Assembly: GCA_963799775.1 (NCBI GenBank)
Contig: CAWCYD010000003.1
Span: forward strand, 928,001 to 992,000
Direction: 5' to 3'
Source of the DNA: an uncultured archaeon
GTDB lineage: Archaea; Thermoproteota; Nitrososphaeria; Nitrososphaerales; Gagatemarchaeaceae
Length of the DNA stretch: 64,000 nucleotides
Positions 1 to 9,727 of the stretch are shown one piece after another. The translations under genes were made by a program, and so were the position numbers. Below the pieces are notes generated by a model that saw only the letters and a program-made list of their open reading frames with translations, did no database searches and was not told where the DNA came from. Numbering within the stretch: position 1 is the first letter of the stretch; every line of letters begins with the position of its first letter.

Positions 1-315
1 CTCTCCATCCAACCCGAAGAGTCGTTGTATTCGTTTCGCCACTTTCGCATTAAAAGGAGAAAGGTCGATACCGACTGACAAGCTAACGTCCTCTGCGATT
101 CTCTTGAAATCCACGCCTGTGCCTACCCCGATTTCAAGCATACTGTTTGCTCCAGTGATGTGCCTCAGGAACCACCTCTCCATCTTTGGGGTGTCAGCGT
201 AACGTGTACGTTCATATTCGATGAAGGAGCTTTTGAGCGTCTCGTCTGAAGTCAGGTCTAGAACTTCAAACCCGTTTGCCTTGCCAGTCCAGTATTCGAG
301 AGTCTGAACGCTCAA
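1..315 (-). CDS. Class I SAM-dependent methyltransferase (5' part; runs off the window)
   Basis: Manual minus-strand translation from TTG at 315: MSVQTLEYWTGK...SMLEIGVGTGVDF...SVGIDLS (SAM motif I and post-I). Confidence 0.8.
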   Translation of the reverse strand, partial: MSVQTLEYWTGKANGFEVLDLTSDETLKSSFIEYERTRYADTPKMERWFLRHITGANSMLEIGVGTGVDFKRIAEDVSLSVGIDLSPFNAKVAKRIQRLFGLDGE

Positions 316-675
316 CGAGCCTCAGAAATGTCCTCTTGCTTTAAGGTCTGCGACTATCCCGAAGCGGCTTCCCGTGCGCATTGAGGATAAACATCTTCGG
401 GCTGCTTCGATCTTGGGCCAAAAGGCCTTCAGCTTGGGTTTGCTCTTGGAGTTCTACGCGGGAGGCGATCCAGAATTTGAAAGCGGGGCATGCTTGCACA
501 CCTCTGTCAGATCTGCTCGCCTCTCGAAGTCAGGGCAGAGCAAACCCATGTCGGAACCATTGAGCATCAATCTAGAGAATCATCAATGACACAGTTTCGC
601 GACCCTGAAATGAAACGTGGGCGCGTTCTAGTTCATTACGCTTTATTAACGACATGTGGCGGCTTGAAAGCATAG

Positions 676-1881
676 ATGCTCCTTCCTCAGAGCGATAGCC
701 CCGAGCCCCCCTATTCTCAGCACAATCTTCGAGGACTGAGAGTTCTATATCTGGGTGCTGGTTGGGACGAGATTAACCGGGTATTCGATACTCTCACGAC
801 GAAATTGAGATGGGTCACCGTGGCAGGTGAAGTCGACGGCGACTCCGCTGTAAGCGTGTCTTTCCGGGGCAAAAAGAAGGTGACGCGGTGGCAAGGACCG
901 CGAGTGAGGAATCCTGGACAGCGGAACTTGTTTCGATACGTCGTCATCTTAGCAATGAATGCACTACTGCTCTTGCAGTTGTCAGTGATTAGAAGCATCC
1001 CGTCGGACATTGCGATTTGCCAATCGCCTCTCTATGTCCTAATGATGAAGCCTTTCCGCGAGTTGGGAATAGTGAAAAGGATTGTCTTCTATACCGGCGA
1101 TTACTTTCCTCCTACCAACGATGGCAGTTTTCTTGAAAGAAACATGCCTCGATTGTCTTCAAGAATCGATGAGCTTGCTTGGGACTGGTCCGATGACATA
1201 TGGTGTTACAATCATTTTCTAAGGAGAAGGATTTCGAAGAGGAATCCGGCTCTTGCAACAAAGGTTGTTCCTCCGTTATACTTCCCCGTGCGTGACCAGG
1301 CCCCAGACATGCGCACTCCATCGATTGTGTTTGCGGGCTCCATTAGACTTGACGCCGGTCTTGACATCGTCATGAAGGCAATGTCGAAGCTTACGGATCT
1401 TGAGAACGCGCCGCGGCTACTGATATTTGGAAGGCCACTCAACGAATCCGTGAATCAATCCATCATTGAGCTCGCGAGTAATCTCGGACTAGGCAACAGA
1501 GTTATCTTGAAAGGGTACACGCCCATTCAAGAGTTGCAGCGCGAATTCCAAAAAGCCTTGTGCGGTGTCGCTATCTTTCCAGGCGGCGAGTCAAACTATT
1601 CAAATTTCGCCTATCCAAACAAGATAAAGTCATATTTGGAGAATGGCATCCCGGCAATTATCGGTCGGTCGTCCGCCTTGCGAGAACATGCCGAGCTTCA
1701 AGAATCGTGTATTTTTGTTGAAGAGACGCCTGAGGCTCTAGCGAATGTCTTTCACACACTCATAACGAATCCTCGCATTGCCGAACGAATGGGGGCTGCT
1801 GGTTTCAAGTATGCATGCCAACAGAGATTATCACCAATTCTGTTCGAGTCATTACAGGACGTCGCTTCCCAGATTCGCTAG
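676..1881 (+). CDS. Glycosyltransferase family 4 (GT-B)
   Basis: IVFAGSIRLDAGLD, YPNKIKSYLENGIPAI C-terminal GT4-type motifs. Confidence 0.85.
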   Translation: MLLPQSDSPEPPYSQHNLRGLRVLYLGAGWDEINRVFDTLTTKLRWVTVAGEVDGDSAVSVSFRGKKKVTRWQGPRVRNPGQRNLFRYVVILAMNALLLLQLSVIRSIPSDIAICQSPLYVLMMKPFRELGIVKRIVFYTGDYFPPTNDGSFLERNMPRLSSRIDELAWDWSDDIWCYNHFLRRRISKRNPALATKVVPPLYFPVRDQAPDMRTPSIVFAGSIRLDAGLDIVMKAMSKLTDLENAPRLLIFGRPLNESVNQSIIELASNLGLGNRVILKGYTPIQELQREFQKALCGVAIFPGGESNYSNFAYPNKIKSYLENGIPAIIGRSSALREHAELQESCIFVEETPEALANVFHTLITNPRIAERMGAAGFKYACQQRLSPILFESLQDVASQIR

Positions 1882-2170
1882 CTGGTAAACATGCCAGTAG
1901 AAGGTCCGACAACAAGTTTACCGGTCTGAACTTATCTGATATCAAAACTCTGCGTATGGTACCCGAACCTGAACCTCGCACGTTGTCAAGACTGACTAGC
2001 AATCCAAAGAGTTGGATGCCTTCCAAAACAAAAAGACTTTTGAAAAGGACATGGAAGAGTTTGCTCTGCGATGTTGGCAGGCTATGACCCTCAAGAGGAT
2101 TGCACATCTATAATACAAAGAGCAGCACGTCGGCGGCGTTCTTGTAAGTGAAGCGTGGAGAGAACACGGA

Positions 2171-3338
2171 ATGAAAAGTGTAGCGGTGATAGGCGCAGGA
2201 ATCTTCGGCGCGTCAAGTGCCTTGGTCCTGAGTGAGCACTTCAATGTGACTCTCTTCGAACAAGACGAGACAATACTTGCGGGGGCTTCCTATGGTAACC
2301 AGAACAGATTCCACTACGGATACCACTATCCGAGAAGCCTACAGACGGGAAGAGACTGTCTTAGCGCAATTCCAGCTTTCAAGTCAATTTATGGAGACTC
2401 ACTAATCGAGGACTTTCAGAACTACTATTGCGTCGCGAAGGATGGTTCGAAGGTATCAAAGTCTGATTACTTGAAGTTCTGCGAGGCCCTGGACCTTCCG
2501 TATAGAGAAGAGTGGCCCGCAGCAGATCTTGTCTCACGGGACCGACTCTGCCTATCGATTCGGGGCCCCGGAACCGATATTCGACCATTCTCGGCTGAAG
2601 GCAATCATCGCACGAGACCTCAAATCCTCAAAAGTAACGCTCAGAATGAGGAGGCGAGTTGTGGACGGAGAAATCACAAGAGAAGGGAAAAAGAAAGTCG
2701 TAACGAATGGCGATGGGAAAACCGAGGAACAAGATTTCGACTATCTGGTTCTTGCGACATACTCCACTCTCAATCAGATTTCTCGAATGTTCGGCTTCCA
2801 AACGCGAGAATTCCAATTCGAACTTGTCGAGGCCCCAGTCATAAAACTTCAGTACGCGCGAAGGGTAGGAATAACGATAATGGATGGAGACTTTTGTTCT
2901 ATTTTACCATTCGGAGACTCTGAATATTCTCTACTATATCATGCCTCCAAGTCGGTATTGGATAAATCAATCTCGACCGACTTCGCCGCAAGAAAATGCT
3001 TCTCTACTAATTGGCAGGAAATCCTACAAGGGAGTGCTGAGTACATTCCTGCAGTAACGGACTCCAAGTACCACAATTCAATAATTGTTACTAGGGTGGT
3101 AGATCCAAAGTCGGAAAACGATGATGCAAGAAGGTCGGAGATAATTAGCCACGGGTTCGGTTGCTGGTCTATCTTTTCGGGAAAGATTGCAACGGCTCGC
3201 GTGATGGCCGACAATCTTACAGCGACTATACTGGCCGAGAGCCGAAACGCAGTCCCGTCAAGTCCGAATTTGCCTGTAAAGGATCAGGGACTAGCCTTGC
3301 CCCAAAGGAAAGACCATTCCAATCGGTCGGTCGCGTGA
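2171..3338 (+). CDS. FAD-dependent oxidoreductase (DAO-like), frameshift near 2565
   Basis: VAVIGAGIFG dinucleotide motif, GAS.GNQNRFHYGYHYPRS; the second ORF continues PEPIFD...SIFSGKI. Confidence 0.8.
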
Positions 3339-4553
3339 ATGTCGCAGGGATCCCACGAGGGGGTCATGTACCCAAACATCCTCATCATAGGGCAATCAAA
3401 GACGAGCAGAACAGAGACCTTTCGAGACTATTTTGAAGCCAGATCAAGCTATGTGGAGACTTTCTGCTGTGGCGGAATTCGACAAATGCGTTCTGGAGAA
3501 GTCACTAGGACATTCGAAGGCGACCGCGTCTCTAGCGAATCGCTTTGGCATTTTGCGAGCCAGAACGAGGCACCGTCGTTGTTGATTCCCTATTTTCTTG
3601 GGCAAATCTTCCGCACCTTTACCAAGTCACTGAGCAGTCCATTTCTCCGTAGAGGCAGATTTGATCTGGCGATCGGAATAAGCCCTATCTACGCGGTCAC
3701 TTGCATAATCCTGAAGAAGTTAGGCATTGTACGCCAAGTCGGATACTATTGCATTGATTATTACCCTAAACCGACTGGGATGGTGTCGAGACTAATCTAC
3801 TCTGTCTTTAGAATGGTAGATCTGATTTGCGTCAACCAAAGCGACTATGTTTGGGATCTGACTTCGGCAATTACTAGTTTGCGACTTCAGTCCTTTGGTC
3901 AAAAGGTCCAAAAGGAGCCGACGGTTCTGCCACTGACATATTCGAGTAAGATGTTAAACGATTGCCCTGAGGTACCATCAGGCCATTCGATAGTCTACGT
4001 TGGGACTCTAGAGAAACTGACAGGTTTAGATCTCACCATTGATACGGCACCAACGATCGTCAAGACGTTTCCAGATTTCAGGTGCCACATCATTGGCAAC
4101 GGTCCATACCGCAAACCCCTGATTGATCACATACGCAGCTTGCATATGGAGAATTATTTCACATTCTATGGATTCGTCGAGGATGCGGGCGCCTTCGACA
4201 TCATGTCAAGGTGCAGAGCGGGACTAGCCACGTACATACCATCAGGAGAGAATAACGTGATGGTAGCTGACCCCGGTAAACCCAAGCTCTATGCTTTCAG
4301 AGCGCTGCCGGCTATCGTAACAAAGTATCGAGCTGGATTGCAGTTGGCTGCATCTGGAGCTGGAATAGCCATCGAATACGACAAGGAAAGCCTTGCCGAG
4401 GCAATCACTAGACTCTTCGAGTCTGACGTGCTCGTGCGGGAGATGCAGCAGAAGGCTCGGGCATATGCAAAAAGGTTCGTCACGGAGGACGTCTTCGACT
4501 CTGTTCTCACGAATAGTAGATATACTTCAAGAGGCGAGCGTCACCAAAATTGA
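3339..4553 (+). CDS. Glycosyltransferase family 4
   Basis: IVYVGTLEKLTGLD, IIGNGP, DPGKPKLY; similar to 676..1881. Confidence 0.85.
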   Translation: MSQGSHEGVMYPNILIIGQSKTSRTETFRDYFEARSSYVETFCCGGIRQMRSGEVTRTFEGDRVSSESLWHFASQNEAPSLLIPYFLGQIFRTFTKSLSSPFLRRGRFDLAIGISPIYAVTCIILKKLGIVRQVGYYCIDYYPKPTGMVSRLIYSVFRMVDLICVNQSDYVWDLTSAITSLRLQSFGQKVQKEPTVLPLTYSSKMLNDCPEVPSGHSIVYVGTLEKLTGLDLTIDTAPTIVKTFPDFRCHIIGNGPYRKPLIDHIRSLHMENYFTFYGFVEDAGAFDIMSRCRAGLATYIPSGENNVMVADPGKPKLYAFRALPAIVTKYRAGLQLAASGAGIAIEYDKESLAEAITRLFESDVLVREMQQKARAYAKRFVTEDVFDSVLTNSRYTSRGERHQN

Positions 4554-5620
4554 AGTTGCTCGTGACCGGCTCAAGCGGCTTGGTCGGCTTCGAATGCTGT
4601 CGCCTCTTCCGAGAGAAGGGTTGGAGTGTCATAGGTGTTGATAACTACATGCGGGCGAGAATCTTTGGCCAGGACGGCGACACAAGTTCAAATACAAAGA
4701 CCTTGGTTTCTGAGTATGGGATAGAGTATCACCAGCTAGACTACAGGGACGCCAAAGTTACAGAGATGCTGAAAGACGCTGATGCCGTAATACACGCCGC
4801 CTCACAGCCATCCCATCCTCGATCAATTCAAATTCCTGCAGAAGACTTCGAGATAAACGCCAGCGGAACCTTCTATCTACTTGAGAATCTTCGAAGATAC
4901 AATAAAGACTGTGTTTTTGTTTTCTGCTCGACGCATAAGGTGTACGGTGAGAACCCGAACTTCTTCTCTTACAAGAGAGTGGGCAAGAGGTTCGAACCGG
5001 TTGACCCGTCCCTGTTCGACGGATTCAGTGAGAATCTTCGAATCGACCAAGCGATGCACACACCCTTTGGCGTGTCCAAACTTACCGGAGATATGTACAC
5101 GCAGGAGTATGCAAAACTTTATGGTCTGAAAACTGGCAGCTTTAGGATGAGCTGCATCACGGGCGGAGCATCTCGTGCTGTGGAGGAGCAAAATTGGGAA
5201 CCGTATTTCATAAAAAAGGCGCTCGCAGGGGAGAAGGTTACCATATTCGGCTATCAGGGGTACCAGGTAAGGGACGTGATACACGCCAACGACCTAGCCC
5301 GTCTCTTCTATGAGTTCATATTGAATCCGCGGCCAGGCGAAGTCTACAATATTGGTGGAGGTAGAGACAACGCGCTATCTCTCTTGGAATCATTGGATCT
5401 TATCGAAGAGGTGAGCGGCAAGCGGCTCGCATACGAGGATGGCCCGCAGCGTGAAGCGGATTACGCGTGGTGGATAACTAACATCAACAAGGTCAGTGCT
5501 CATTATCCAAACTGGAAGCAGAAACACAATCTCAAGTCAATCTTTTCTGAGATTACGGAGGCCCTCAAGGAAAACAAGGAATTGATACCAACTCGCCGTC
5601 ATATTGTCGCAAATGATTGA
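4550..5620 (+). CDS. NAD-dependent epimerase/dehydratase (CDP-paratose 2-epimerase-like)
   Basis: LLVTGSSGLVG, HTPFGVSK, GYQVRDVIH, YNIGGG. Confidence 0.85.
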   Translation: MKLLVTGSSGLVGFECCRLFREKGWSVIGVDNYMRARIFGQDGDTSSNTKTLVSEYGIEYHQLDYRDAKVTEMLKDADAVIHAASQPSHPRSIQIPAEDFEINASGTFYLLENLRRYNKDCVFVFCSTHKVYGENPNFFSYKRVGKRFEPVDPSLFDGFSENLRIDQAMHTPFGVSKLTGDMYTQEYAKLYGLKTGSFRMSCITGGASRAVEEQNWEPYFIKKALAGEKVTIFGYQGYQVRDVIHANDLARLFYEFILNPRPGEVYNIGGGRDNALSLLESLDLIEEVSGKRLAYEDGPQREADYAWWITNINKVSAHYPNWKQKHNLKSIFSEITEALKENKELIPTRRHIVAND

Positions 5621-6719
5621 TACGGAGCAAGACGCAACCGCTCACCCACTAGTAAGCGTAATAATCGTAAGCCTCAAAGGAAGGAAGCTCCTAGAACAGT
5701 TCCTCCCATCCGTCCTCGGAATGAAGTATCGGCCCATGGAGGTAATTCTCGTCGACAACGCTTCCAACGACGGAAGCGTAGAGTTCGTCCGGGACAGGTA
5801 CCCGCAAGTCAAGATTGTAGTCAATGAGGAAAACCTCGGCACCGCTGAAGGTGGGAACTCTGGACTGCCTGCAGCCAAGGGAAAGTATGTGTTTTGGATC
5901 AGCAATGACATGGAAATGGACCCCGACATGCTCACCTATCTCGTTGAGACGGCCTCATCAAATCCAACAATCGGGATATGCACTTGCAAAATGCGTCGGA
6001 TTCTGCCAGACGGAACAAAGTTGAATGTAATAGACAGTGTGGGAGCAAGCATGGATATTTTCGGAACTCCGGCAGCCAGAGGGATAAACGAAGTCGATAA
6101 GGGCCAATGGGACTTCCCGGCTGACGTATTCTTTTCCTTCGGCGGCGCTCTCCTTATCAAGCGGTCAGTTCTCGAACAGATCAAAGGCTATGACCCCCGA
6201 ATCTTTACTCTCGGCGACGATATTGACATATGCTGGAGGGTGCTGTTACTCGGCTATCGTGTTGTGGCCGATCCAAGAGCCGTTCTTTATCATCGCGTCT
6301 CGGTGACGCTTGGCAAATATTTCAGCAGGAGCAACAAGCGGTTCTTAGCTGAACGGGGAGCCTGGATAGGTATGCTCAAGAATTACTCAGGGAGAACTCT
6401 TGCATTCGTTGTGCCTAGCTACTTGGTGATTCTAACTGGGGAAGTTGTCTTTCTGATTCTCGCAGGTAAGGGAGAAATGGGAAAAGCCTCAATCAAAGCG
6501 GTTATTTGGAATCTTAGAAACCTGCCTGAAACCATTATTGATCGACGTGTCGTAAAAGCTAACAGGAGAGTAACCGACCGAGAACTCAGACGATTGATGT
6601 TGCCGGGCTGCCAGAAGATCAGGGTCTTTCAGGATTATTTGGCCAATAGAAACAACGAAGAGTGGAGAAACTATTTCGGCACGAAGACGACAATCACCGA
6701 AACAATCAGAAGATCATAG
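5604..6719 (+). CDS. Glycosyltransferase family 2
   Basis: VSVIIV, VDNASNDGS, DDIDICWR. Confidence 0.9.
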   Translation: MSQMIDTEQDATAHPLVSVIIVSLKGRKLLEQFLPSVLGMKYRPMEVILVDNASNDGSVEFVRDRYPQVKIVVNEENLGTAEGGNSGLPAAKGKYVFWISNDMEMDPDMLTYLVETASSNPTIGICTCKMRRILPDGTKLNVIDSVGASMDIFGTPAARGINEVDKGQWDFPADVFFSFGGALLIKRSVLEQIKGYDPRIFTLGDDIDICWRVLLLGYRVVADPRAVLYHRVSVTLGKYFSRSNKRFLAERGAWIGMLKNYSGRTLAFVVPSYLVILTGEVVFLILAGKGEMGKASIKAVIWNLRNLPETIIDRRVVKANRRVTDRELRRLMLPGCQKIRVFQDYLANRNNEEWRNYFGTKTTITETIRRS

Positions 6720-6759
6720 ATTCCAGAAAAGTTTGACTTGCCAAGCGGCAGCGTCCGCA

Positions 6760-7689
6760 TCAAAAGTGACCTCTTCGGGCCGTCTCGATTTGGACGTTGA
6801 GACCATCTTCAATCTTCGTAGCCGGAGAATACCCGAGAGTTCGCTTTGCTAGGTCAATATCGAACGTTTGGTCGTAATATTCCTTTATCCTTGGTCTGAT
6901 TTCCGGGTGGAGCTGTCTGGATTCCATCTTTCTCAGTATGATGTCCAGTACTTTCCTTACGCTGATGCCTTTTCCGCTCCCGATGTTCAGCGTCTTGTCC
7001 GGATGTCTACGTAACGCTTCGATAGTGACAGAAGAGACATCGTCTAAGTACACGTAGTCTCGGAGTTCGGACCCGTCGCCAAAGAGAGTAGGCGGTTTCC
7101 CTTGCAAGATCCGGGAGATGAAACTTGGGATTGCCTTGATTCTTGGTTCGCCTGGGCCATACACTTGCGAATATCTTAGGACCGTCAAAGGAATCTTCTT
7201 GCTCTTGCAATATACCCCCAAGTATCGTTCAGCCGATAGCTTGCTCGCCCCATAGTAGGAGGATGGAATCGTAGGATGTTTCTCGTCAATTGGATTGTAT
7301 TCAGGCAATCCATACACATCAATAGTACTAGAGTAGACGAATGACTGCACTGTTGCAGGTAGGTTTCTCAAGAGCGCAATGGTTCCGAGCAGGTTCACTC
7401 CCAAACTTTCCTCCACATCATCTCTCCCCGAGGCGCCCGGGATGCTGGCAGCGAGATGCAGAACGTAGTCGACGTCCCTTATTCGACTCTTGATGCCGTT
7501 TACTGAATGTTGAGAGGAAAGGTCGCACTGGATGTTCTCGAGGTTAGAGGCGTCCTTGCCGTCGGACGAGCGACTCAGGATTCTTAGTTCTATGTTCTTG
7601 TTCTTGCGCAGCTTTCTCACAACGTCGCTGCCGATGAAGCCGGTTCCACCAGTAACTAGAATCGTCTTTCCTTCGAGACTCTCTTCCAA
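6760..7689 (-). CDS. NAD-dependent epimerase/dehydratase
   Basis: VTGGTGFIG, YGASK, RDYVY. Confidence 0.9.
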   Translation of the reverse strand: MEESLEGKTILVTGGTGFIGSDVVRKLRKNKNIELRILSRSSDGKDASNLENIQCDLSSQHSVNGIKSRIRDVDYVLHLAASIPGASGRDDVEESLGVNLLGTIALLRNLPATVQSFVYSSTIDVYGLPEYNPIDEKHPTIPSSYYGASKLSAERYLGVYCKSKKIPLTVLRYSQVYGPGEPRIKAIPSFISRILQGKPPTLFGDGSELRDYVYLDDVSSVTIEALRRHPDKTLNIGSGKGISVRKVLDIILRKMESRQLHPEIRPRIKEYYDQTFDIDLAKRTLGYSPATKIEDGLNVQIETARRGHF

Positions 7690-8762
7690 TTTCTACTCCG
7701 AAGTCTTGTGAGGCTTCGCCGGTATTTCTCAATTTGATTAATTGTGGTCAAAACAGGCTCCGTGTCCATCCCGCGTACCCAAGCTAGCCCCTCTGGGAGC
7801 GGGTTGATCTTCTTCTTTATCTTCGGCAGCTTCTCCCCGAAGGCCAACTTGATCAAGATGTAGGGCAGATTCAAACCTGCCCGGGTGAAAAAAAGATGTG
7901 TCGTGAAGAAGCGCCCGATGTTTATTTCGGTCGGGTTAGGAACCCCTTCTTTGTCATATGTCATGTCGACCGACCATATGCCGTTCGGTTCAGCATCGAT
8001 GGCATGGATTGCGGCCTGAGCAATCTCGTCAACCTCCTGATTTGAAACCGTCACTCCAGTTCCTGTTACTCCGGTTATGCCGGACACTGCTCTGTTCCCG
8101 AGCTCCCAATATAGCCTCTCGCGACCTTGAGCGACGACAAGCTCCCCGCGGTTCCATATCGATGTCCAGGTGACTGACCTTGGCGTGAGGGCCTGAGCCG
8201 CTGTGAATTTTCCCCATCCGGAGAACGAGTCAATCCAGATCTTCGCGAGTTGAAAATTGCTCGTGGGAAGCGACCCAGCTCCACCGCCTCCTCTGGTCGC
8301 TCGAAACCACAAGTCCTTGCCAAGTTGGGCGAACGCATCCTCAAGATCCTTTTCTGTCCTGACTAGAATCGTTGGCGGCACTTTGAGTCCTGCCTTCGCC
8401 CATTTCTCGTAGGTCTTCATTTTGTCGACGCAAGTTACCACTGATTCGTGACTAGGGAGAAACGTCTTGACACCCAACCCTGCTATCTTGCCTCGGTGCT
8501 CTGAGACCGCCTGGACCTCAAAATCGTGCTGCACGTGCAAGAAATCAGGACTCTCCAGTTCGATGATTCGTTCCAGCACGCGGAAATAGTCTGGTTCTTG
8601 TGCCTGCGGGTCGACATATTTTGCGTCCGTCTTGGCCTTGGCCAAGTCGTAAGGGTTACTTGTCATTCCAACGATGCGGAACTTCTCGGGAGATTCTCTC
8701 AAAGATTCGATAAATCCGTTTGATGGGGCACCTCCAGCCCCGCCGACAAGAATGCATTTCAC
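7656..8762 (-). CDS. ATP-grasp (carboxylate-amine ligase-like) protein
   Basis: CVDKMKTY, GGGGAGS loop, PTEINIGRF. Confidence 0.8.
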   Translation of the reverse strand: MKCILVGGAGGAPSNGFIESLRESPEKFRIVGMTSNPYDLAKAKTDAKYVDPQAQEPDYFRVLERIIELESPDFLHVQHDFEVQAVSEHRGKIAGLGVKTFLPSHESVVTCVDKMKTYEKWAKAGLKVPPTILVRTEKDLEDAFAQLGKDLWFRATRGGGGAGSLPTSNFQLAKIWIDSFSGWGKFTAAQALTPRSVTWTSIWNRGELVVAQGRERLYWELGNRAVSGITGVTGTGVTVSNQEVDEIAQAAIHAIDAEPNGIWSVDMTYDKEGVPNPTEINIGRFFTTHLFFTRAGLNLPYILIKLAFGEKLPKIKKKINPLPEGLAWVRGMDTEPVLTTINQIEKYRRSLTRLRSRNWKRVSKERRF

Positions 8763-8963
8763 CTCTGCAGCTCTTCTCCGGCTTTAGTTCAAGAGTTGCT
8801 CTTGGCTATTTGAAGATTCCATCAGATGAATTCGCGGCAAAACTGCTAGGTCCGTTTTAAGCTGAATCTAACGCTTCGGAGTCGTCTGAGATCGCCCAGC
8901 CACATGGGTCGTTCAATGTCTGCGTGGCCTTAAATCGTATCGACGCGCAATTCTTCGCATCAA

Positions 8964-9719
8964 TTGGGCACCGCGCGGGGCAGACGGAGAGGTCACTTAA
9001 TCAAGGAACTTGGTCGTCCTGTGGGCCTTGTTGTCTTCGACTTGGATGATACGCTAACTGACAACAGGCGGGTCGATTATGCTTCATACGTGTATCTTCA
9101 CGATAGGTATGGTCTCCCGCTGCTTGGCCGACGGACGTTCGTGCGTCTTCGCCTCCGCCACTGGCGCAGTCGCACCATAATCAGTCGTCTGGCCAGGAAA
9201 GTGGGCATGCAGAAACGAGTGGATGAGCTGCTACGAGAAAGGCTGAATTTCTACGATTCCAGCGCGTCGTTATATGAGCTAAAGCAAGGCGCGAAAACAG
9301 CACTCAAACGGCTAAGTGTCGCCGGTTACACGGTGGCGATTGCGACCGGGATACGGCGGCGAATAACCGCAATTCGACTACTGGAGAGTCTTGAAATCAA
9401 TCCTTATGTTGATCAGTCCTGCGTATATTGCATCGAGGATATTGCGAAAATTCAGAGGAAGGAGTCTGCATTCAAAGAGACCTTATACCTCAAGATTCTC
9501 AAAGAACTTGGCAAGGACTTTCCGTCTTTCCACATTGTCGGTAATCGGGCTTCTGATTTGGCATCGGCCAAGAAATTGGGCTTCCTTCCAATTGGAGTCC
9601 CGGGAAGCTACTACATTCAACCAGGTCTCGATCGCATTGCGCCGATTGCAAATGATTTTTCATCAGTAGTTACTCTAATAGGAGTCCCCTCCAGGAAGAA
9701 TGGCCTGACACAAAAATAA
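8964..9719 (+). CDS. HAD-family hydrolase
   Basis: VVFDLDDTL motif I, IATG, VGNRASDL. Confidence 0.8.
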   Translation: MGTARGRRRGHLIKELGRPVGLVVFDLDDTLTDNRRVDYASYVYLHDRYGLPLLGRRTFVRLRLRHWRSRTIISRLARKVGMQKRVDELLRERLNFYDSSASLYELKQGAKTALKRLSVAGYTVAIATGIRRRITAIRLLESLEINPYVDQSCVYCIEDIAKIQRKESAFKETLYLKILKELGKDFPSFHIVGNRASDLASAKKLGFLPIGVPGSYYIQPGLDRIAPIANDFSSVVTLIGVPSRKNGLTQK

Positions 9720-9727
9720 ACGACCGT

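Noticed and set aside
1815-2087. 90-aa intergenic ORF
   Set aside because: Overlaps the GT4 end and has no motif; possibly a decayed gene, but unsupported.
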